From Corallochytrium limacisporum Hawaii (Eukaryota > Protista > Pluriformea), in NCBI GenBank assembly GCA_002811645.1, contig PDIP01000058.1, forward strand, positions 44,162 through 98,990: DNA of 54,829 nt, read 5' to 3'. Below, piece after piece: positions 49,101-54,829 of this stretch. Numbering within the stretch: the first letter of the stretch is position 1; each line of letters begins with the position of its first letter. The position numbers were made by a program, and so were the translations under genes. The notes below the pieces were generated by a model that was not told where the DNA came from, ran no database searches, and saw nothing but the letters and a program-made list of their open reading frames with translations.

Positions 49101-52070
49101 ACCAGATGCCATTAGCAGAGTGTTTAAGTACTCTAGCACAGGTACATTATTGATTGCTTCCACGCACCGTCCCGCAAAGTTGGCAAGGGCTTTGTACGCC
49201 TTGACGTCATAGTCCTGGTATAGACCAGATGGAGTGGGGTTGCCCATGATCACTGATGGCAGGCCATGGTGGTTAGAACGCACATCCAGACCAAACGGCA
49301 GAACAAGGTACAGACTTGAGTACGTCATAGGAAGAGCGTACTGCTGATCCACCTGTCCAACGCTGCTGGCCAAGGCCTTGCGCACATCCTCATGAAATTG
49401 ATAGTCACTCGAGTAGGTTCGTCTGGGGTCATTGAGACGAAGGCGTACCATGTCCAGGGCTGGGGTGAGCAACTCTGTCTCGGGTTCAGCATCGTAGAGC
49501 GAGCGATGTACGGTGCCATCTACTAGTGCACCCGCTGCAACAGCCGCGTTTAGATAGTCTAGGGTCTGTGCATAAACATCCCGGGGCTGGAGAGGGAGAG
49601 CCTTCAGACAACGCTTGAAGGTTGACGGTTCGGCGGTAATGACCGCACCATCGTTCAGAACGGGTTTGCCAGGCGCAACAAATATGGAGGCATATACTTG
49701 CTGGTTGTCATCAGCGTTATACGCGGCACGGCTCTCAATGCCCAGATACGTACATGGGTCTTCGCTGCATTCTAGGAAATCCAATCGCAGGGCAACATCA
49801 CAGGATCCTGTAGCCACTGTTGATTGTGTGTTCTCGCACTCGACGGCCAACACGTGGACATCGGGGCCGTCCAAAACTTCAACACGTTGCAGATACTCGC
49901 CAGCTCGGAGCGCCCGGATAAGCACTGGCCTAACTTCGGCCCGAAAGCCATGGTTGAATAGACGGACGTCGTCTTCGCGCATTATAAAGACTGTCACGTC
50001 CTGGGTGCCACCGTTGGCAATCTCAAAACCGACTTGTTGCAGCTTGCCCCGACTCTTACAGTCATCCAGAGTGTTTAGGATCTGCAAGCCATCGCCGCCT
50101 ACGCCTTCGTATGTATCCTGTACAACAAGACCACTCTCTATGCCGTCGTAGCAGGCCCAGCCTTCAGGTTCCAGACTTGCATCACATTGGCAGGACGCAC
50201 CCCGAACTGGATCCTGTACTGATACAAAGCCACGTGGACAGCAAACAAACGATCCTGGAGTGTTAAAGCAGGTCGCGTAGGCCGCATCACAATCATCTTT
50301 GCCTAATGCACACTCATCAATGTCGTAGCAGGCGGGATTGTCTGTGCCATTTACGAGTGGATCATAAATGAAGCCGTCATCGCAGCAAATCAGATCTCCC
50401 TTACCTTCGGAATTGATGAAAGGCACGCAGTTCTCATCCTCCGGAATACATTCGGGCTGTTCGAACTGTGGATTGGTTGAGTCAATGTTCGGGTACGTGC
50501 CCCTTATCTTCGTCCCTTTGGGACATTTCAGGGGTAGATATTGTAGGATGTTTGGGTGGACCTGGAAACAGACACCGGAAGCCCCGGTGTTGGTGCCACC
50601 GTTGCAGGCGTCAAGGCCCGGGTTGCCGGCCAATTGGACTTCCTCAAGATTTTTAGACCCAGACAGGAAGTTGAGGGTTGCCGCTTCAATTCGATTGTTC
50701 CTCAAATCGAGCGATAAGAGATCGGTTAGGCCGTCAAAGAGAGGATTGTCCACGTCGTAGAGACGGTTATTACTCAAGTCCAGCGTTGTCAATTTCGCTA
50801 AGTCCTCAAAGGTTTCTGGATCTATGTACTCGATCAGGTTATCGTTCAACAGAAGAGTTTCCAGGCTGTTCATTCCGGCCAGGCAGTCAGGATGCATCTT
50901 GGTCAGAAGATTGTTACTCAGCTCCAAGTGAGTAATCCCGGCGGCGTCGATGAAGGTGTCCGTTTCGATGGTCTTAATCTGATTGTAGTCCAGAAGCAGG
51001 GTTGCCAGGGTGGCTTGGTCGGTGAATACCTCAGCATCAAGTTCAATGATTTCATTATTGCGTAGATTCAACGATTCCAGAGCTGGAAGGGTGTCGCTGC
51101 CGAACGCGTTCTTGCCCAGAGTTCGGATCACATTGCTGCTCAAGTCCAGGTCAGTGAGGCTGGGCAACGTGTCTTGGAATCCAGTCCAGGCCTGAAAATT
51201 GTTGGCATGTAGTTGCAGGACCTCAAGATTGGTTAGTTGATCCATGGCTCCGGTAGGTAGCTCCTCAATCTGATTCTCGGCCAGATTCAGAGATGTCAGG
51301 TTCGCAGAACCGAAATCGGGCATAGACGGACCGATCAAGTTACGACTCAAGTCTAGGATAGAAACTCTGTCACTGAATGGGTCTGCGACTGACCATCCTG
51401 TCAGCTCATTCGCGGACAGGTAGACTTCTTCAGCGCCGGGTATGGGCTGCTCCAGAACCTGAATCAGATTGTAACGCAAGTCCAGTATGCCCACGCCGGC
51501 AACTCCAACAAAGTCATCAACACCCTCAATTGTAGTCAGGGAATTGGATTCGAAAGAGAGCGTGTCGGTGACGGACAAGCCAAGACCTGATCCCAGCAGA
51601 TTTGCGGCAGTACTGAGGCTGTTGAAACTGAGATCTAGAGTCTCGTAGACCACAGTGTCAGTGCCATTCAGGACCGATTTGTCGTTCAGTTCGCTGCGAG
51701 TAATGATCACACTAGTGGCGGAGCCAAGAATGATCTCCTCAGTCACAGTTTTCCCAAGGGTGGGATTCTCATTTAGGTTCAAGGAGCCCACCTTCACGGC
51801 GGCGACCACCGCAAGGTCCGCTCCTGATAGCTTGTTCTTACTGAGATCCAATTCAGCCACGACGGGTGCTAGCGAAAACGCAGTCGAGTGGATCGCATCA
51901 AAACTGAAAGCGGAGAGAATGCACTTTTCCAAAGGATTTGCACAAGTCGATTCGCCCATGCAACAGAATTGTCTCAGAATGGGGTCGGTCAAGGTCGCGG
52001 CATCTGTCCCCAAAATGGCAGCAGTGGTGAAGGCCACAGCGGTGGCCACTCCTCGACGACGCGCGGACAT
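46116..52070 (-). CDS. Secreted multidomain protein: LRR array, calcium-binding EGF, degenerate peptidase S41-like domain (1984 aa)
   Basis: Signal-like N-terminus (GVATAVAFTTAAILGTDA). Many LxxLxLxxNxI repeats ending in LAGNP..C, then the cbEGF motif CYDIDECALGKDDCDAAYATCFNTPGSFVC. S41-like motifs: YSSDYQFHEDVRKAL, VEAINNVPVLEYL (PDZ-like), LMLDLRG and VVLVDGGCAGACA. Confidence 0.85.
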   Translation of the reverse strand: MSARRRGVATAVAFTTAAILGTDAATLTDPILRQFCCMGESTCANPLEKCILSAFSFDAIHSTAFSLAPVVAELDLSKNKLSGADLAVVAAVKVGSLNLNENPTLGKTVTEEIILGSATSVIITRSELNDKSVLNGTDTVVYETLDLSFNSLSTAANLLGSGLGLSVTDTLSFESNSLTTIEGVDDFVGVAGVGILDLRYNLIQVLEQPIPGAEEVYLSANELTGWSVADPFSDRVSILDLSRNLIGPSMPDFGSANLTSLNLAENQIEELPTGAMDQLTNLEVLQLHANNFQAWTGFQDTLPSLTDLDLSSNVIRTLGKNAFGSDTLPALESLNLRNNEIIELDAEVFTDQATLATLLLDYNQIKTIETDTFIDAAGITHLELSNNLLTKMHPDCLAGMNSLETLLLNDNLIEYIDPETFEDLAKLTTLDLSNNRLYDVDNPLFDGLTDLLSLDLRNNRIEAATLNFLSGSKNLEEVQLAGNPGLDACNGGTNTGASGVCFQVHPNILQYLPLKCPKGTKIRGTYPNIDSTNPQFEQPECIPEDENCVPFINSEGKGDLICCDDGFIYDPLVNGTDNPACYDIDECALGKDDCDAAYATCFNTPGSFVCCPRGFVSVQDPVRGASCQCDASLEPEGWACYDGIESGLVVQDTYEGVGGDGLQILNTLDDCKSRGKLQQVGFEIANGGTQDVTVFIMREDDVRLFNHGFRAEVRPVLIRALRAGEYLQRVEVLDGPDVHVLAVECENTQSTVATGSCDVALRLDFLECSEDPCTYLGIESRAAYNADDNQQVYASIFVAPGKPVLNDGAVITAEPSTFKRCLKALPLQPRDVYAQTLDYLNAAVAAGALVDGTVHRSLYDAEPETELLTPALDMVRLRLNDPRRTYSSDYQFHEDVRKALASSVGQVDQQYALPMTYSSLYLVLPFGLDVRSNHHGLPSVIMGNPTPSGLYQDYDVKAYKALANFAGRCVEAINNVPVLEYLNTLLMASGAFGQDPDVALDLALPWLRSGQLPVAVFGMENFMQIQDDMVLATIACRDPIAEEPTQSTIIGTFSESFDDPTRKRRSENVVDYSDQDINRSRRQSTPMVLNQISPCNNSAGNCRLALPVGAYYGEVAVLGTLPLPPEFAVERAVLLPYGDELGVEQRVFSLVDPIIAPTGAAALAEKNTVLPTDATEGYDRSVTRVPPALVPWFTGASEAHYASDCLYTADPESLANSSTSFALNYTAPTGTDSIWQANSLGPAGENVVLMRYAGYGGQELLADLDTVLDAAAEVSDDDYDGSAITPKDLAALSPIATRIMSDRLLLSQLTDILFNQTALELEPPVETLNSTALLMLDLRGAIAPYGTYAQCFFDVLNGILAPDVALNSSGGNDNTTAVGGDLGWLTVNYATAPSTWTNPAPLYGGLGSIPCTGDPITEFEREDRLTQTDVEGAYGYRGNTNSRTGEVCQALFPDLDLPTITSRLTGTVVLVDGGCAGACAGLALTMSHYGRGAVVPAIPSFVAADDDDGDDGEDLSDTGTTAGRTTSRNLGPLDILSDYASPLASAASAGAFLSGLVSPSTTGPVADLVAPVPSIVDDNIFAGVAPSPSSALLYGSLRTRFIGSDVIPFDLETLVEVQPSVVTSVSTPPSLEFFGSSNATDYALNCTNYYSDVLSAAIAKDRGRLSTMPNPDQSLITNTVDECQLVMTEVRVTVAATEPGSEPIVRIGSLLGKIGLLESDDDLKGQSLARLLTRPSGEILTDAPNSEFCGLLPSGGYVVIENVINSEFIVENSGSKTGHGSIGINLKRLTADGEDLNTSGPLIGPSPRKELVLEELYNWPNAPLPAMPFAGRYYFEAPRKVFNTPLDIEPLRISAEARPYCCGIDVSSMDSAFLDEPLLSDSDITGAELPDGGLLLVGQPSDRGNLAAFLELGTANFYFTPSSETASFSADDDSEVASINYCVVGSGSTTIMNSGSSVAAVTLLESNGGETSLEVPPEGSATVQ

Positions 52071-54829
52071 TGCTATTTCCTATCTAACGTATACCTGATC
52101 TGACAATTATAGAACCAGTTTCATTTGTTGCTAGGGCTTGATGTCCCGAACTTCCAATGGTAAATGAGCCCTTCCAGATGTGAGATGGCAGGTACACACT
52201 TGTTCCTTTCCTAGTCTTTATGTTTTTGAGCCTCTCAAGGCGTTTGTTCAACATACATATATAGACTGCTTTGCTTTCTGTAGGTTGCCCCGTGAACCCC
52301 TGCAATGGGGTGTGATCAGTTTCTAGAAGGCACTGTGGAGTCAACTTATGGTATTGTGTAAGCCAGGCCAACTCATACCTTCCCAAGATCCCGCAACATG
52401 TACAACTTTTTTCTTACTGACATACTCAAATAAAAGCTAATGGTGATCATTTCAACATAGGCTCCCGAGATTTGTTAGCCCTCCGCTTATAGAGAAGCAA
52501 CTGTACTTCAACTGTATTACTTTTCAGGGTTGGGTACCCACTACTTCAGTCGCGTATTGGCTCCGTTGGACAGGAGTGGAAGGGACCTCCTGTGAAGGGC
52601 TGGCTAGGAGACTGAAGCAAGAGATCATGACGAATCTCAGTCTGGCCAGTACTCTTCTATTCAGAATCTGGGGACGCAATAAGCGCATCGCGAAAGCTAG
52701 ATCCTCCGGCCAAGATGCTGCTGCCACATTTACACTCCCCTACCCCTTCCCAACCACCGTCGGGGAGGGGGGATAGTCAGAAAGGGAGGAGACAGCTGTG
52801 TGGGGGACCAACGATACACAACCCCCTCCCACACTGGGTAAAGGGGGATCGGGAGTTTCCTCATGCAAGGGGACCCGTATCGCGGCAAGTTTTTTCGTCT
52901 AACAGAGAGAGGCAGGGCAAAGCCGGTCAGGAACGGCTTTAAAATATTTAACTAAGTCGACACCACTGAAACAGATGCAGTGAGGGACACTGGATGAAAT
53001 GTAAGGTGTGCCAAAAAGCAAACCACAAAGCGCGGGGTGCGTTAGAGACAATCCGCGCCCCTCCCGGTGCGCGGCCCCCAAACGCAAAATTGAACAGAGA
53101 GGTGTTCCCTTCGCGGCCGAGAACAATCGATGTTTACAATTATCAATACGTTCAGTACTGGAATGTCATCGATGACAGGTTGGGGATTCAAGTTGGACAA
53201 CGGGAATGTTCATCGTCCCACCGTTCAAAGCCTAGCCGTGAAACATGGGATAAGGCGGGACATTGGATCGCCTGTCTATTTGTAAGGTTTTCATGATCTC
53301 AAGCAGCTATCATTCCCGGAACTCAATACCCTTTGAAGTCATCCCTGGTATCATTTGGTGTCAATAGGCTTGACCAGCTGTGTCTCTCTGTCTCGCATTT
53401 CGCGTGCTGCAGCAGAACCGGTAAAACGGATTGGTAGCTTCTATGAAGACATCGCGGTAACCCATCCGCATCTAAAATGCCTTATCTAAGCACATTTTTG
53501 GTCTCTCTACACAATGATGCCAACCGTCGCTGCGATCATGCACGAAACCCATGCAGACAGATGAGATAGCCTTTCCATCGGAGCCTCCCAAAGTTGCCCC
53601 TTAGCTCGATGGTAAACGAACTCGAACAGTACGGATCCAAGGGATAGCAAATACAGTGCAACAGCACAACAACCACTGCCAAATAGATCACACCGTACGT
53701 GCATCATGCAGCATGTTCAGGAGGCCGCAGGGGATGATGTACATAAGAAACAGAGCTGCAATGGGGAGTTAACAAAATCCCGCGTCTGTCCATTCCCGGG
53801 TCCATGCTGGGAAGCGGGGAGGAGGGGGAAGTGAATGGCAGTGTAGTAATTGTAAATCCCCAACCCTTCGGTACCGATGACGACGGACGAGGGAAGAAAT
53901 GAGAACAACAAAACGCTCGGGAAGAAAGGGGGAGGGACCCTTCCTCTTTCCCCCTCCTCCCCCTCCCGCTTGCCCCGGCCCTTCCTCTTCTCCTTCCCCA
54001 GCTCTCCCACCCACCACCTGGACGCTCGCGGGACATGGGAAAGGGGGGGGGGGGGAACTGAAAGAGGGAGGGAAAGGAACTACCTAGAATTCTCGTAACG
54101 GTCGGGTATTTGGTTTCACTCATTGGATGGGGAGGGTGGTGCGCAGGTGTGTTGGGGGAGGGGGAGGGAGGCAGGGCGTAAAGAGGGCACGCAATGTGGA
54201 TCCCTTCGCCGCACTCCGTTTCTGCTGTTGCCAACAAAAAAAAAACCGAAAGACTCAAATACTATCGTCACATAGAGAAAGAAACACCAACACACCTGCA
54301 GCACTTTATTTCTATGTGCCACAGTGTGTTCCCTTTTTCTCCATTCCGTCTTCAAGCTTTTCTCGTCCGTATTTTTTACTTTTTTTCTCCTCGATCTTGT
54401 CGCACTTTCAGTTTCCGCCACCACCGTTGAAGAATGCGAAAGGGCGTGAGTACGTCACTCTGAATTCTTTCCCTGCCTACAAACTCACGCAGGAAGGAAC
54501 CCAACGTGAAGCATCGCGGGATGTCATGGCCACCGGAACTACCGAGCCGAGCGAGCGGCTCAGTCTGTTCCGAAGTGTCAAAAGTGGGCTCGTTCCTAGA
54601 AAGATTTTGTCTTCGCCGCAACGCCACCAATGCGCGAGAGCCACAGCAGAAAAGTACGGGAAATGAGAAAAACAGGGGAGCACGCACAACTCGACACTGT
54701 AAGCACAGTTTTCTTCACGCATGGCGAATAAAGATAGTGGGTACCTCATGGATCCATACCTAGACATCGGAAACGGGGAGAGCAAAAGGTAAGCGGGGGG
54801 TAGGGCCGGGGGGGGGGGGGAGGGGGGAG

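Noticed and set aside
53700-54829. ORFs of 100-180 aa at the right end
   Set aside because: Homopolymer-rich low-complexity sequence with no recognisable protein features.

Overview
Eukaryotic, intron-poor genomic DNA: long single-exon ORFs, microsatellite-rich and homopolymer-rich intergenic stretches, and two N-gaps. The LRR/calcium-binding EGF/LNR/PAN domain content is compatible with a unicellular holozoan-like protist, but that is inference. Eight genes are supported. The left part holds a secreted aerolysin/ETX-MTX2-like beta-pore-forming protein with a (TE)n tail, an MFS monocarboxylate-type transporter and an Aa_trans amino-acid transporter. The right part (16.2-52.1 kb) is an uninterrupted run of five secreted or surface protein genes: (1) a >3100-aa membrane-anchored protein with a bacterial-like putative pore-forming core and Ig-like repeats, whose 5' end is probably spliced; (2) a ~2800-aa tandem legume-lectin-like plus beta-helix protein split by a 1-nt frameshift; (3) a secreted protein with 19 LNR (Notch) repeats; (4) a small PAN/apple-like protein; (5) a 1984-aa LRR-EGF-pseudo-S41-peptidase. 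The most striking signal is that three of the four unrelated large proteins carry paired polybasic (furin/kexin-type) sites flanking excisable spacers and the fourth has a single such site, often followed by Gln. In one case a 146-aa spacer sits in the middle of a predicted membrane-inserting beta-hairpin. This suggests a convertase-activated secreted recognition/attack system. All family assignments come from motif recognition by eye; no database search was run.
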